Positions 19,830-45,442 are shown, counted from the stretch's first letter. The stretch: 64,000 nt of DNA from Lingula anatina (GCA_051362555.1 CM120642.1:7750001-7814000), one strand, 5' to 3'. Program-made: numbers and translations. Notes: generated by a model from the sequence alone, not told the origin.

Positions 19830-21334
19830 GATGATAGACACTTCAGGATAAAGTGCTGCTCTTAAAAAAGTCCTGTATATCATTCAAGGCGACTTGGTCA
19901 AAGAAACACTATTCTATGTGATGTCAGATCGTTCCCACAATGCATGGACAAAATGGCGACACGTTCACAGGAAATTGTACACGCAGGCTAAGCCTGACTA
20001 TAATTCACTAATGTATTTTGTATATATTTTTATTTATTATGTAATTCACTAATTGTAAAATATCTCATCAATGCCATAAAGACCGCGTGTGTTTCCCAGC
20101 ATTTGCAATAGGTAGCTCTTAGACATATACCTTTTTTGTAGCACTGGACCGGCAATAAGTGCAATAATTTAGCAGACGATTTTCCCAACCGTGTTAATAC
20201 CCGGGTGTAGATGCGTCCGTAGTTTGTCTACTGTTTAGATAATGTAGTCTAACAAAATATTTCACTTAATAACCAGAAACCCCTTTAGATGAGATCTAGA
20301 TGTAAACTAAAAACAACAAACTTTGTCTGGACAACTACCCTGACTTATTGGTGCTTCTCTCTTATCTCTTCAATTAGGCTTTAATTTACTTATTTAATCT
20401 CTGACACATGGTGCTTATGTGGTATAGGTAGGCAAACATTAGATAAATATGCAATTTCTATAGAATACCCTTCCAAAATGAAAAATATATAAAAAGTTAG
20501 ATTTCAATATTTGTGAAAACGGTAATATTGATTGACTAGTATTGATAGAATCATAGAAGAGTAGACTAGACACAATTTCTAACAATAGGCGCTTCACTTA
20601 AAAAGTGTTACACTATGTTTTTCTACTAAGTTGGCTTCTCCGGCCATTGTGCAATATTTGAGAAATAGTGAAATATATAATGTTATCGGTCACTTCAATG
20701 CAAAATATGTCAAAATATGTAATATATTTTGTAGTAATAGTTGTATTTATAAAATGTAATATCAGAATGTTTCCCAGTCACAACTTAAGTTGAATGTCAA
20801 ACCTGTATATAAATGTAGTAATAGTACGTTTGAAAATAATTATCAAGCTTAGCCTCTCTTTGAAAATAGTTATTATCACAGAAAGCTGCTGGTGGTTAGA
20901 AGAAATGCCTTACTGATTTATTCGATCACAGCTTATCGACAAAGCTCTTTATGGCTAGGTTTAGTTTTCAAAACGATAATTTTTTTTCGATGACATAGAA
21001 TAATTTAGAAACATTACATTGCTTATAACCTGGCGAACTTGTATTAATAAACACAAAGATTACACAATCTCACCAACAGCACAGATTGATATATAAGGGT
21101 TATCTCCAATTTGCCAAACTTGAGATAGATGCATTAAATATTCGAGCTTCCCATGAATAGAATAGATGGCGTGGGTTGGACAAGATGGCTTCAATTACTA
21201 CACATCGGCCGGACGGTGCAATAATACAAGGCTTGTAGAATGCTGTAGAGCTAAACCCCTCTGCAATAAATTTTTCTGAAACATATGTTGTTGCCTTTGT
21301 TGTTTATGTATATATATTTGTGTTATTATTAATA

Positions 21335-21340
<6 letters not shown>
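19830..21340 (+). promoter_or_regulatory. Probable 3'UTR of ovo-A with polyadenylation signals
   Basis: AT-rich sequence after the stop; AATAAA at 21046, 21265 and 21331; several miRNA seed matches and TGTATATA Pumilio-type elements. Confidence 0.55.

Positions 21341-21421
<81 letters not shown>
21337..21421. repeat. (CT)n microsatellite
   Basis: Directly visible; explains ORF 21198..21461. Confidence 0.95.
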
Positions 21422-21424
<3 letters not shown>

Positions 21425-24400
21425 CTTGTCTTCTCACATGTTCCAAAGGTATTTCATACAAAAATATAGAAATTAAGTGTACGAAATTTCGGATGATTAG
21501 AGAATTGCCACATTATTATTGTGTTTTAGTGTCTAAGTTGAGTATTCCCCATTTAAAATTAATTAATGTAAAAGTGCTAGAGCTGCCCTTAAAGGTACAC
21601 TCCATAAAATTTACTCACCAAAATGGATTTTCCTGGGAAAATAAACAATAATCTCGTTCTCATTAATCTATCTCCCTCGGTACTTGGATTCGACCTTTGA
21701 TAAAATTTATAAAGGTTGATTTTAGCTTAAAATGACTGGCCAGTCATGATAACAGCGACCAGAAAAACATTTAAGGGGTTAAATAATTTAGAGGTGTATG
21801 CAAGGTTGTGTAAGAAGCTGTGAAAGGCCAAAATATGCATTTTGGGGATTTTCAAACCGATGAAGTTGACCTTTATTTTCACAACAATTAACAAGTGGCC
21901 ACCAACCTTATTCAGGACATGTTTGTGTTCTAAAAGCCTTTAAAATGTATTTATGACCTAAAGATTTAGCATTCGTAAAATCTGGAATGTATATTGGAGT
22001 CTGCAAAATTTAGGATTGCATATACCTGATAAAGATATTGAAACGCTGACGCATCTTTAGCTTAAGATGAAAAGAAACGAATAAGAACAACTTTAAAATT
22101 CGACCATGTTCAGTTTCGAAAGTACCCCTTAAAACTTCAACCATTGCCCTAGTCTAGACCATGACGCAATTAAAGACTAATTAAAAATACATTTAGCAGA
22201 TAAATAGGATGAAATATATTTAAACCAGACAAATAGTAATTAAGTTAGCGTTTACCTGTTTTAAAGTTGTTATAATGACAAATTTTTAAAGCCCATTCTT
22301 TCGTTGCATTTGTCTCTACCAAGAATTAAGACGAAAATATCCTATTTTATATGTACATATAAAAAATGAAACAACGAACACCATTGAAGATATATTAGTG
22401 AAAATCATCTGTATAATAACAAGAAAATAGAAACCCTTATATTTCTAAAATCAAACATGTAGAGCGGAATTTCAATTATGAAGCCTTCTCTTAATCAGGG
22501 AAGTTTGCCACTATTTGTTAATAATATATTATTATTTCATAATGCCAGGTCACCCAGCCTAAGATACCCTCCTCTGGATGACAGAATGCCTTAATAACAG
22601 AATAAAATGTTAATCTTTTCAAGGCTCGAAACATGACCGGCTTATACCGAATATGAATTGTACACACGGGATCAGATCACATGTAATGGGAGTGCGTTAG
22701 ACAGCGCGGAACAGGGAACGCAAGGGCCTCTCAGAATGAGTTAAGTCGCAATAGCTAGTGCGCATTAACTCCACGTGGATTATCGCTGAATGCAATCCCA
22801 TTAGCAGAATTAAGGGGCCCTAACATTTTTAACGTATTTGTGTCAATCACCAGCTCCTCTGTACTCTGCTCAGCGCCAGGAGGAGGTGTGTCAGATCTTG
22901 AGTGTGTCTTGCAGGACGGTTTCTGCTGGTAATAATAAAATAGAGGTGCTCAGTGTAATGTTCGATATTCCGCACCACTATAAGAAATAGAACCGGAGAT
23001 CAAACACTTAAAAAAACCCTTAAGAGTCAGTGTTGCCTTTTGTAACCATTTTTTTCTCACTTCTTTTGCTTTTAATTTTCCATTGTTTCTATGTGTTCTA
23101 TTTTAAGTATAATCATCAGTAACGAATCTGACCTTTCCGTTTTGACTACCATAAAATTAACAGCCATGAAAATCGTTATGCAGATTCAAATTTGAATGAT
23201 ACATGATCAGTAAAAACTGGGGTAGTTTACCAAAGCACCGAATTCAAAATCATAAGACTTGCCTTATTCTGGTACATAGCCTGAGGCCTGTTTCCACTGG
23301 CGTTGGACCAACCGATCTCAGGACGCCAAACCATAGGAACTTACTCTAACCGCACGGGACTCTCCTCGATCACATAGCCTTTCGTGGGACAACGGGGGGA
23401 TTAGGTATACCCTCTCTGATGATATAATTACAATTAGATGAGGTGGATCGTACTAAAGTAGGTCGATCTTGCACCACTGGAAACGGGCCATAAGTACACA
23501 GCTGTTAGATACGCTGTCGGTGAGTAACATTATTCTCGTATTCTACCGCTACACGCTGCTAATGGCTTTGGTCACGATATCGGGCAACAGGATTATCTTT
23601 TACCGTGCACCAAGTCCCTGTGATAAAAATGGGTTTACGACATTGTTGAACTGTTGAGGCCGTGTTCACATCTATGTTAGTTGTACTTTTCATGTGCCCC
23701 CTTTTTACTGTCTTGGAATTGGTAATGGGCCTCTGCTGACTGCGTTTCCTATTCACTTTCAAGGAATGCAGTTGTAGCATATTTGTTATGTTTCTTTATT
23801 CATTATCGCTATTAAAAAATTATTTGTCAGTCTTCTTCAAAAAGTTGGTCTATAATCCACCAAAACCGAATGAGTGACTGTGCCATGCAGAATCTTAAAG
23901 TGGCAAGTTGGTGTGCCCAGAAATGTTCTGTTGTTGAATATAATACTATGACATTATTTATTTTCTAGAAATGAGCATAGCATTAGAAAAGATTATGTGT
24001 TAAAAGACTATATAATCTGAAACCAGAAATAGACCAGCTGACGTTATCTGACGCCAAGTTTCTTAAAACCCTAATTTGAGACAATAAAATCAAACTTTAA
24101 AAAATAATCAATTAGTAAATTTACTTATAAATTAATTTATCAATTAATAGAAATCAAATTAAATGGAATTAGGCGAATATAAAATTTTAAAAAAAATCGA
24201 TCTATACCTAGCCAATTTGATAGCACACTCCGTAATTTTAATCAACTTTTGTAATATTAGTCTTGGAGCGTTTTTACAAAGTATGAACTCAAAACAAATC
24301 AAGTTATAATACCTAAATGAACGTCTGGCAGTACAAACTATAACATATAACTAATAATTGTCAAAGAAACCACTTATTGCACGAGAGGCTCAATTAAAAG

Positions 24401-24972
24401 ACTGAAATGACGCGGCAAGCTGCATAGAATCTTACTGAAACGCTACTGTGTGGGTTAAAAGCATTCCTTGCCAACGACGGTTTTCGACTTTCTGGAAACA
24501 AGCGCGTGACGTCATGTAGACACTAATCAGTTTATATTATCTCTGACCTGAACATGCCTTATGTTTGTTAGGGTGAGTGAACACATTGCACTGGGTGTGT
24601 GAATGTAGCCATTTATTATAACTAAGACGACTTTGAAGTAGTCAGCCGGAACAACGCACCTAAACTCGGGATGAAAAATGACTTTACACACAACAAGACT
24701 CACGGCAGAATGGCCCGATACAACAGTACCTTTAACGAATTTTGGAATTTTTTTGAGTTACTGACACGTATAAGTTGTGAGATGCTTTCTCAGGTTATAC
24801 AGCATTGCCCTCAATGTTCATAAAGAAGGGGGACTTGGGTCACCACCGCCGCCTACTCTCTTGAAGGCGACCCTCTTTTAAGCAATATCGTATCTAAGCT
24901 AGGGAGAAGAACAAAGCCAGCAAGTGCCCCCTTCCTTAACGTCTGTGGCACTATCTTTTCTCCCCCTCCCCC

Positions 24973-25020
<48 letters not shown>

Positions 25021-26004
25021 CCAGACATTTTCCATGCCGGTGTCCCTCATGTGATGTAGACAAGTGTCCTTGTCTATCTTTTAATACCGAAGAGAGGTAT
25101 AATTTGTTATTTTGTGCGCGCCGCTCCCACACAGCAACCCCCATAGCAAAATTCTGGTTCCGCCAGATGGCTTTTATGTCACTCTGCCATTTATCTATGA
25201 GCCCTGCTCAGCTGCCAACTCCAACATACAGGCACATTCTGATCCGAAAATAATTTCTTTAAAAAAGAGCCAATAAAAAAACTGACGCAATCTGCTCGAA
25301 ATATATTTCACTTCCTTAATTAGAGAGGACATGAATTGCTTAAAGATTTGGTGGTACCAAGAATACCAGCGCATGCGGCAGTGTGATGTTGAAAACGGAC
25401 CAATGACGTTATCATTGCAGCGGTGTACATTTTAAGTCCCTGGAAAAACTTCATTAGACGATAACTAAGACGTCGCGCAGGTGTATTTGAATGCTAAGGA
25501 CCTTTAATTAAATCAAATACGTCATTTATAGTACAAGTAGATTGCGCGATGGAGACTTGAACGTCATGAGTCAAAAGAAAATAAAATCAGATTACTTTGC
25601 TTTTGGAGTGGTTTGAACAGAATTAATTACACAAAAATTAATAAAAAGGTGAATGCCCTTGCAGGCCCCTATGTAATATTCAATCGATTTTCAGCTCCTG
25701 TCATACTTTTGCTCTTCTGCTATGTGAATTGTTTTCAATATGCAGCCGTGAGCACTAAATTGCGAAGGTTTTCGATTATTTTGACTTATGCACATCCAGC
25801 GTTTAACTAAGTCCAATTGACACCTACGTCAACGCAACTTTTGATGAATTCACGGCAGTTATTAAAAGAAAAATTCACAAGGAAACTTGAGGGCTTGATT
25901 TGCACAAAGGCTGGGGTTTTAGTAGATATCTTTCTCATCATAGAGGGCTTTATCTCTGGTTATGGGAATGAGTGGCAGTACAGATGGGGAAGACGGTTTT
26001 GAGA

Positions 26005-26420
26005 GGTGGAGATGAGGGTGATGAGGAATAGGGATGAGGGTGTTGAGGAATAGGGATGAGGGTGATGAGGAATAGGGATGAGGATGTTGAGGAATGGGAA
26101 TGACGGTGTTGAGGAATGGGGATGAGGGTTTTGAGGAATGGGGATGAGGGTTTTGAGGAATGGGGATGAGGGTGTTGCGGGATGGTATGCGGGGACTGAG
26201 GGATGGGATGAAAGTGTTGAGGGGTGGGGGCGAGGGTGTTGAGGGGTGGGGGTGAGGGTGTTGAGGGGTGGATAGGAAGGTGTTGAGAAATGGGGATAAG
26301 GGTTTTGAGGGGTGGGGTGATGGTGTTAAGGAGTGGGGATAAGGGTGTGAAGGGATGGGATGAAGGTGTTTAGGAGTGTAGGTGAGGGTGTCAAGGAATC
26401 GAGATGAGGATGTTGAGTGA
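26005..26420. repeat. G-rich minisatellite, ~22-bp unit (GGGATGAGGGTGTTGAGGAATG-like), ~18 degenerate copies
   Basis: Directly visible tandem units with strong G/C strand skew. Confidence 0.9.
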
Positions 26421-26996
26421 GTCTGGTTATTAGGTATCTCAGCCCGGCGTTTTTTTTGGGGGGAGGGCGTGAATTAACCAAGTTACAAGTAGGATATGAC
26501 ACTTCACCTTGATATATGTATGCAGGATAGTTTCCTTGTAATACGTAAAAGTATCCGTTTGTACTGTCTCATCATATCTTGTAAACGTGGCCACAGTGTA
26601 AGTGGACAGAGGGCAAATTGTGGACGCGCATCTTTTCCTTTAGGACCACCAACCCGATAAATTAAGTTTTCGGTAAAGGACAGCTTGATAAAAGGCGGAG
26701 TGACCCTGTTATGCAAGTTTCCGATGAAAATGGCCTGCGGTCTGGAATTATGGCTGGTGTTGTCAAAATAGATAAACTTGGCGAAGACGTTTCATGGGCG
26801 GTAGGTACTTGGTGCCTGACTGGACTCTTGCTGACCTCGCCGTTAATGTATGTCGTGCTTTCTTTTTTTTTTTTTGCCTAAGTCCTATGATTACTTTCAT
26901 ATTCAAAGGCATTGCTCTTATAGCACTTTCTTCGGTTGGGTTGTGCTTGCTTACGTGTTGTCGTTAATGGGACTTACTTTACCTTTGGGAAATTAA

Positions 26997-27356
26997 AGGG
27001 ATAACAACTGTTCGTTGACTTAGATAACTTTGGGAAGTTAAAGGGATAAAAACTGTTCGTTTGAGATTCATATTGCACAATAAAAACATTGACAACAACT
27101 CATAGAAATATAATAAACTCCATTTTACCACCAAAACAGCGGTTATCCCAATTATTTCTAAATCTGTGTTTGTCATCAGACCACGTGGTCCTTCATAGAT
27201 GGCTATACCTCCGTAACAATCCCTTAAGAGATTATTACAAAAACTAAACTTAAAAAAAAACAAACACTAGCTTTAAATGTCGGAATGGAAGCATAGGAAA
27301 ATTGTTGTTTACCCCATGAAAATATTTTTTTGCCAAAGCGACCAATTGTTATCCCT
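26997..27356. mobile_element. Kolobok-like MITE (TTAA TSD) with a tandemly duplicated left end
   Basis: TTAA|AGGGATAACAACTGTTCG ... TTGTTATCCCT|TTAA; internal similarity to 47182-47516; left end repeated at ~27038. Confidence 0.75.
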
Positions 27357-27917
27357 TTAATGGATGGTTCTACATGCCAGGTCCGTTCATCTTAATCAAC
27401 GTTACCCAATCAGATAAATAACGAACATATGTAAACCATGTAAAGAAATAAACATGGTAATGTTTTGGTTAAAATGAAATTTAATCATCAAAAGGAGAGC
27501 GACATAAAATGCATGATATTGATACAGAATCGTTAAAACCAATATCAGCTTAAATATGATGAAGTTAATAGGAGGCGGCGTTTCATGTTCATTTGACCGA
27601 ACTGTGCGTTAAGTAGTAGACGATATTAACATTGTGCCTTAAGCTATGAGTGAGAGCGCATCCAGCCACGCTTAGTGAAGAGACCTCATCTCATGGCCAT
27701 AGACCATTACCATAAGAATTTTAATAGCTTATGTCTTGCCAAAAGATTGCGGTACCATGTAACGGTTATGTTCAAAAGCCCATAATCTCTTTCCCAACGG
27801 GAATGTTGTTCGTTTAATGGAGTTTTAACGAGAATTCCCTAACACGTGGCCTGAAGGAAAGGATCGGATCGTCCTGTCTTCTCAAGTGTGGTCGGCTTTT
27901 GGTTAGTCCATTAGCAC

Positions 27918-27954
<37 letters not shown>

Positions 27955-29750
27955 AAGAAGAAGATTTGGCATTTAACATCGTTACCAAAGTCAGACGAGT
28001 ATGTTATAAAATTGTTCAGCTAGTCGAAACGCTAATAGAAACTAAAATTTGTGACAAATGAATAAAAACACAGTGCAATTTGATATATATTAAAAAATTT
28101 AATTACAGATATTCAATATCACCATAGGAATACACTTGTAATTGGGACTGCTTCCTCCCAAATTAAAATAAATATAATTGAATGTATACTTATATATTCA
28201 CAAATATGCTCATATAATGTCACTGCCCATGTATGACAGGTTTTCACATATAGAGATGAAGAAGCACAGAATATTGCTAATTGCACATCACCGGCACACT
28301 TAAAATATACAACTTCCCTCGTGCTTTAAACTTCTAAAATAACACGAGATTAATCATTTTGCATTTTGATTTTCATTACAATGCTTTTCGAAGCCCTAGA
28401 GTCCGTGTAAAAGTCCTTCACTGAAGTCATGTACAATTATTTTCACAACATAGTCACTAGTATTAAGGTAAAACGTAAAAAAAAACCTTTGTTTATTGTC
28501 GTGATGCTTGTAACAGCCTTAAAGTACGGCAATTATAGTAACGTGGTATTCAACATGCCACGGCGGAAATAATGTGTACTTTATGGGTGGTACCAACATT
28601 ATGATTCACTTAAATATCCAATCTCTTTCAATCCGCCCATACGTAATGAGAGCATCACTATGCAGTTTAAAGATTTGTCAAATTATAGTAAACATTGTCC
28701 AAAAGGTACTTTTCCTTTAAATGTAACTTGAAGGGTTTTTTTAATGTCAACTAACTACTCTAGGTTAACGTGACTCAGCTATCGGGCACGTTCACTGTAT
28801 AGCAATGATCACTTAAAAGAGGACAACACCATTATCCTTAAATGAACATGTACCAATATTTGGATATTATATCATTCAACTAATGACCAAATGTAAACAT
28901 CATAAACTTAAAACTGCAAGTAATTGTGTTAGTAAAATTCGCTTGATGTCATATAGGCATTCTGTCATAAGTATTCCGTCATACACATAAAAAAGCAACT
29001 ATTTGAAAAAACCAACAACAAATAACTAATAGTATGTAAATAACTTGTTATGTACAAAGTTTTAACCGCTTGTATGACGTCATATGGCGTATGACGTCAG
29101 ACGCGTATTTTGATGTCACGGTGACTGCGAAATCCAATTAGACTTTTGATTCTAATGCCACACTGCACACTGACTCCACATGCACAACAAATATAGCATT
29201 TAATAATAACACACAGAAAATGAAATGAGCAAAATAAACCCCTGAACCTGCCAGTCACTTTACCATGTTTTTACATAAATAAGACCGATTAATCGATTAG
29301 TTTAATTGACTAAAGAAAAAAACAACTAATCAAAGTTTCTGTAAATACATGGCATTGATGAGCTATTATCTAATTTCTAATTATATCAACAACAAATATA
29401 TTGTATCAACAGTTTCCATTATCTTGTCTTCTGATTGTACTACCTTCGCCTATCTTGAAAAAAAAATTCTGTTATTAAGTTTGGCCCCAGGGGTATCTAC
29501 AAGTACGTCTGCATCGACTGACGTTTGGAACAAAAAAATACCCTAGCTTGCTCTGCCTATGCTAAATGTGAAATCATTGGGAAAAAATAATGGGAGAATT
29601 AAATTAAAAGATAAACAATCGAAAACTGCTGGTTGAAGCCCATATAAGTTGACAATTAATAGCACCAATTGCACCGGGTATTGCTTTCACAATAAGAAGG
29701 CTGCCTTTATATATTTATGCTACACTACATGTAAACTGTATTATACTACA

Positions 29751-40395
<10,645 letters not shown>

Positions 40396-40660
40396 TTTCT
40401 CCTGTTCAATGAAATCTCTTGTCGTCAAGTATATACACAAATATATATGTATGTGCAGATATCTATGTATTCGAGTAAATGGTCTGGAGCTGAGTTATGT
40501 GAACGGCTCGAGTCCCGTTGCTTGTCTGCCGTGGTGAATGGTTGTCGCCGCTTTTAATTTAGGTAATTTCTGATCGGCCCTAGGCTCAGTGATTGGTTGT
40601 CACCCATGAGGGGCTGCCAGTTACCCATATGCATTAACAGTCGCGACTGACAACTGTGAA
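40396..40660 (-). promoter_or_regulatory. Core promoter and 5'UTR of ovo-B
   Basis: Minus-strand TTAAAAGCGGCGACAACCA (40557-40539) resembles ovo-A ATAAAACGGTAGCGACTACCA; CCAAT box at 40592-40596; TAACAGT at 40635-40641. Confidence 0.45.
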
Positions 40661-43600
40661 GTTCACAGCTAGCCCCCACGCTTTAACGTCTAGTTTTCTT
40701 TTAATTGTCTTCCCCTGTGTTTAATCGGCCTACTTATCACTTTCTCCCATTCACAATGGTCAACAAAACAATGGCTCAATCTACGGAGACACCTTTAACA
40801 CCTAACCTGGTGTTTAACGATGTTCTGATTTAAAGATAGTGACACCGCTCAGCTGTGGAGAACTTAATTGTTCAAGTGCGCATGCGCAAATCGTGAACCC
40901 ATTCTCCGGTGAGTGATAACGCTAACGTCACACAGGGCATCGCTACCTGAACTTACATAAGGAAAAAAGAGGAATAACGTTCCGTTAATCACAAACTGTT
41001 AAACATGTCTACATCCCCCTCCAATCAAACTCAACAATTCTAATTCTATGTGTAAATAATGAAGTGACTCAGTGTCACATTCTAGTAAAAATGGCATTTA
41101 ACAAGACAATTTCACGGAAATTGCAGAAGGAATTCTATTTTGGTGTCTGTCAGAAATTAAAAAAAAAATTAACGCTCTAATCCCAAGTCTTAAGAAGCAC
41201 ATTTCTATTTCTTATTCTTAATTTCTTTTGCAAATTCTCTCGACACGTTTAAAGCTGTACTGGTCTCTTAAAACATACCAACTGAAATATAAGGCATTTT
41301 TTACATTGTAACAGATCCATGGCTTGATTTCGATGACCCCCTCATTTATTCATTTTGAACAAAAATGAGTTAATTTTTCATCCAACGTACGGATGTGTGG
41401 TTCATTAGAAGTTAACATCTTGTGGCCATTTATTTCAGCAAATGTCATCTTTTTCATGTGTTTTTAGTCACCACTACTGTCATTATTACCCACACTACAA
41501 CTTCTTTATGTTCATTTTTATTATTCATTATGACATTACACTTAGCCCTTTTGATGAATACGAATTTTCATATCGACCATTGCGTTCGTTTTTATCTATT
41601 CAGGCATTAACATTGCTTCGGTGAGCCTTTGGATATATGGGGCACGTCTATTCGTATAATATTTGCGGTGTGAGGTTTAAGACCTGCTATAATATTGTCT
41701 TACGCTCTATTGTGAACGAAGCCTAGCTGACATGATCTAAGTTTTGGTCTTGGACCGTTCAGACAAGTTTTGATGGCTGGGTTCTAGCTCTAGACTCGTG
41801 TCAGACCAGGTGTCAGATCTGACAGGTGGAAAGCTAGCCCGCTAAATTACTATAGCTCTTTTAACCTATTCACCTGTTAGCTGGTGTGTGTGTGTGTGTG
41901 CGTGGGGGGGGGGGGGGGGGGGGGGGGGTAGGAGGATTTATTTCAAACCTCAGACCTGAAGCCTATTTAGTTTTTTTTTTAAGTTTGCTAAAATTGCATA
42001 GCCAACATAAAGTCGACTTTTTTATATTAGATCTACCAGAATTTTGTCACCACTGAGTATATTCATATAAGACGCTTCCCAAGGAGCAATATTTGATATA
42101 TAGACTGCTGCCGATTTCTTTGGTGTCAAGGGGTCAAAGATTTAGGTTTAAAGTTTTAGACCAGTTTTTGGGCTACAGCTTTTTTGATAATAGAAAGCCA
42201 CCAAATGACATAAAAAGGAAATGATACATGCTTTTGTTTTTTAAATGTTAGCAGAAAAGGCAGTTATAAAATGATGTACTTATCAAATTCTAATTACAAC
42301 GATTGAGTGTTTATAAAGCACAAGTAATTATAAACTGATGTGCATTTTTCCTTTAAATTTCTTCCTTGTACTTTCAAAAGAAAAATTGAAAAGAGTATTT
42401 TCTGGGTAACTAACGTCCAATACAATACTTATTTTAACATCCTGGCGTAGGGCATTCCTGTAGCTCTTTCTATTAATTTGTTTATCCTGAATTTAGTCCT
42501 CTCCTTTATGGGCGCAACTGAATGGGTAACAATACTTCACGTATTATATTTTTCAATATGAAAAAAAAAACCTTTGTAGTTATTGGACCTGGGTAATTTA
42601 CTTCTAGGACTCACTGGAATTGGCGGGTCCTAGTTAACATTAATGATAATGTCTTAGTTAACGCTTACAATGTATCAAGTAATTAATGTACATGTAGGCC
42701 TATATAAAGTGCCAGCCCAGAAAAAAAGTTTTAACAAGTAAATAAAAAGAAGTCAACGTTCATCTGAATAATGATAACGTTGGTCTATTCGTCTCTATCA
42801 ATTTACCTGATAAATTAGTATAGAGTATTGACTATAGGTTGATAAACCACTCAAAATGTAGTGTCATATTTTAAGAATTCATGGGGCATAAAATAAAGAT
42901 GACGCGGTATCCGTTACGGTAAGACGTAAATTTAGAAGTAAGTAAGGAATATGAAAAAGACGTGAGTATGGTATGCAGTTATACAGATGTTTCTCTAACG
43001 AGCCCAAGTCAGTGACACAACACTGTATTTGAGTGTCACATTGTCACATGCTTCTTATCCCTGTATTCCAAAACAAGGAAAACTATATCAACGTACAACT
43101 GTACATGTAGTTCTATTGTTTATTTTCTATTAATTGACCAACCACCTTAAAGGATGAATAAAACATCGAATTGTAAAGCATTACACGCAGGCACGCGTAG
43201 AGAAATAAAACAATTAATTTAAAAAAAAACCTGTTAAGAGAAGACACATAAGCACATATTCTTGAGATTATTTTGATTTTGACGACTATTTAAAGGGTGA
43301 ACAAGACGCGACCCCATTATTAACAATTGATATTTAAAACAGGGTGTCGTTTACAGCAAGACGGGGGACGAGGTTAACCACTTACATTGATGACTTGATA
43401 GCACGAACCTGCAATTATAATGTGCTGTTTATTTTTCTTTCCTACCTGTGAGAGAGTAACACCGATTCAGCCAACGAATCGCCGCCAGACACTGCCGAAG
43501 TAAACAAGACTTTTAATCAATAACCCTTGCCTATCTCGTTCGCGGCGGGGTTTTGCGCACCTTTAACACAATGGAAAGTAAAGTGGGGGGTGTTAATATC

Positions 43601-45325
43601 AGCTAAAAACTGTTAAATAGCTACCTGGTGAGACGCTAGCTCTTACCTCCGTCGGACGCCTGTTTGCGGTCACCTTGGACAATACTCAGTTAGCGAAATT
43701 ACCCGTGAAACTATGCCAGCACTGCGTTTAGATCAGTTTGATCAAGACCGATACGGAAAAACACCCCGATCGTAAAACTGATAGCTGCGTCTTATTAGTC
43801 TAGCTAAACAGACAAGTTGTCAGAGATTTGGAAGACTATTCAGAGCTTTTGTTAATGGCGGTATTACTTTTCACTGCGGTGTAGTTTTTCCGATGGAGCA
43901 TCATGTATCAAAATTGTTTGATTTGATTAACGGAACTCAAGTTTGTGAAAGCACGCGGAAAGATTACATATTATGAACAGCATCAAAACACATACCGTTC
44001 ACATACCTTTACGTTGATTCTTTTGTTTGTAGTATGATATATAACATTATAAATACGTCTCTGATCTCACAAGGAAATGTGTGGGTAAAGTGAATCCTAA
44101 CAAACAAAATAATATTATTTCGCAGATCAAAGGCCATCGCTTTAGTTTGTTAACTGAAGAAAAGAAAAAAGAGACGGGAGCAGAATTCCTATGATATGCC
44201 CTGTATAGCAGATCGTAATAGAAACTTGATAGAAGGAAGCGTGGGGTTTATGTATATATCAAATCAGGATAAAAGGTACGGCTGTAAGGTTCAATACGTC
44301 CTTCCTGATTGTCATCCTGTGAACAAAAAAGGTGATGTCACTTGGTAATTCATTCATAGTCTAGATAAATCCCTACCAATAACCATTGAAAAAAACCGAC
44401 AAAATTCCTTTTGCCAGACATACAGTACATGTGTGTCTCTATGCTCATGGTGAAACACTTCCAATGTCGACAAAATAATTCGCTTAATAAATAAATAAAG
44501 TCAAATGTTTGTATCGCTTTCTTTTAAATGGGCCTTTTAAAAAGAGGTGTCTTTAACATATTATTTCAAAGTAATACAATAAAAAGTAAAAACAGTTATA
44601 GTTCCCAAAGAAATGTGGATTGTTATTATACTGATATAGCTTATATGCGGTTGTCCAGATTTCCTACCCCCTCTTCTCCCGTCTCAAGAAACAGTTAATA
44701 ACGGTATTGGCGATTCAGATCGTAGATTGAGTCTCAGATTAGCTTGTAAACCCGCACTAATTGAATATAAATTTTCACCAAACGGAGAAACCCGAGATTT
44801 ATCCTGTTCTTATCATCTGTAATGAATGTAACAGGAGTAGAGCTACATGTGCGTAAATTCTTTTCAGAAGGTCGTTAGTTTGGAAATGACAACAAGGTAA
44901 AGGTTATTAATATAAAACATGTCTTTGGATGTTTTAGCAATATCTGTTTTTTTTTATTGCAAAACGAAAACTCACAATAAACTACACCTTACAGTAACTT
45001 AACCTTTCATTACACAGAAGTCACAGTACACGAATCCTAACCTTATTAACCTAAATACTAACCTCTACCAGGTCCACTGATTGATTTTTCACTAGATATT
45101 CACATATAATGTCTCTGGCTAAATATGGTCAATCTTCTAACTGTGGCTGGTGGAAAATGTGCCTGGTTTAGGGTACCAAAATACCTAGTTTGATGTGAAA
45201 GTTACATTAGCAACAGCACCAGACTTTACATATTAGTTTAAGCCCCAAATATAACAATGGCATGCTTTTTCTTCTACCTGTACCTGTATTGTTTATTTCT
45301 AAATGTTGAACTGAATAGTGTGCGT

Positions 45326-45442
<117 letters not shown>

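Noticed and set aside
21589-22132. Possible TTAA-flanked Kolobok-like element
   Set aside because: Terminal inverted match too weak (AGGTACACT vs GGGGTACT) and no second copy in the window.
26005-26420. CRISPR-like periodicity here and at 52404-52680
   Set aside because: Head-to-tail degenerate units without unique spacers, in a eukaryotic context with no cas genes.
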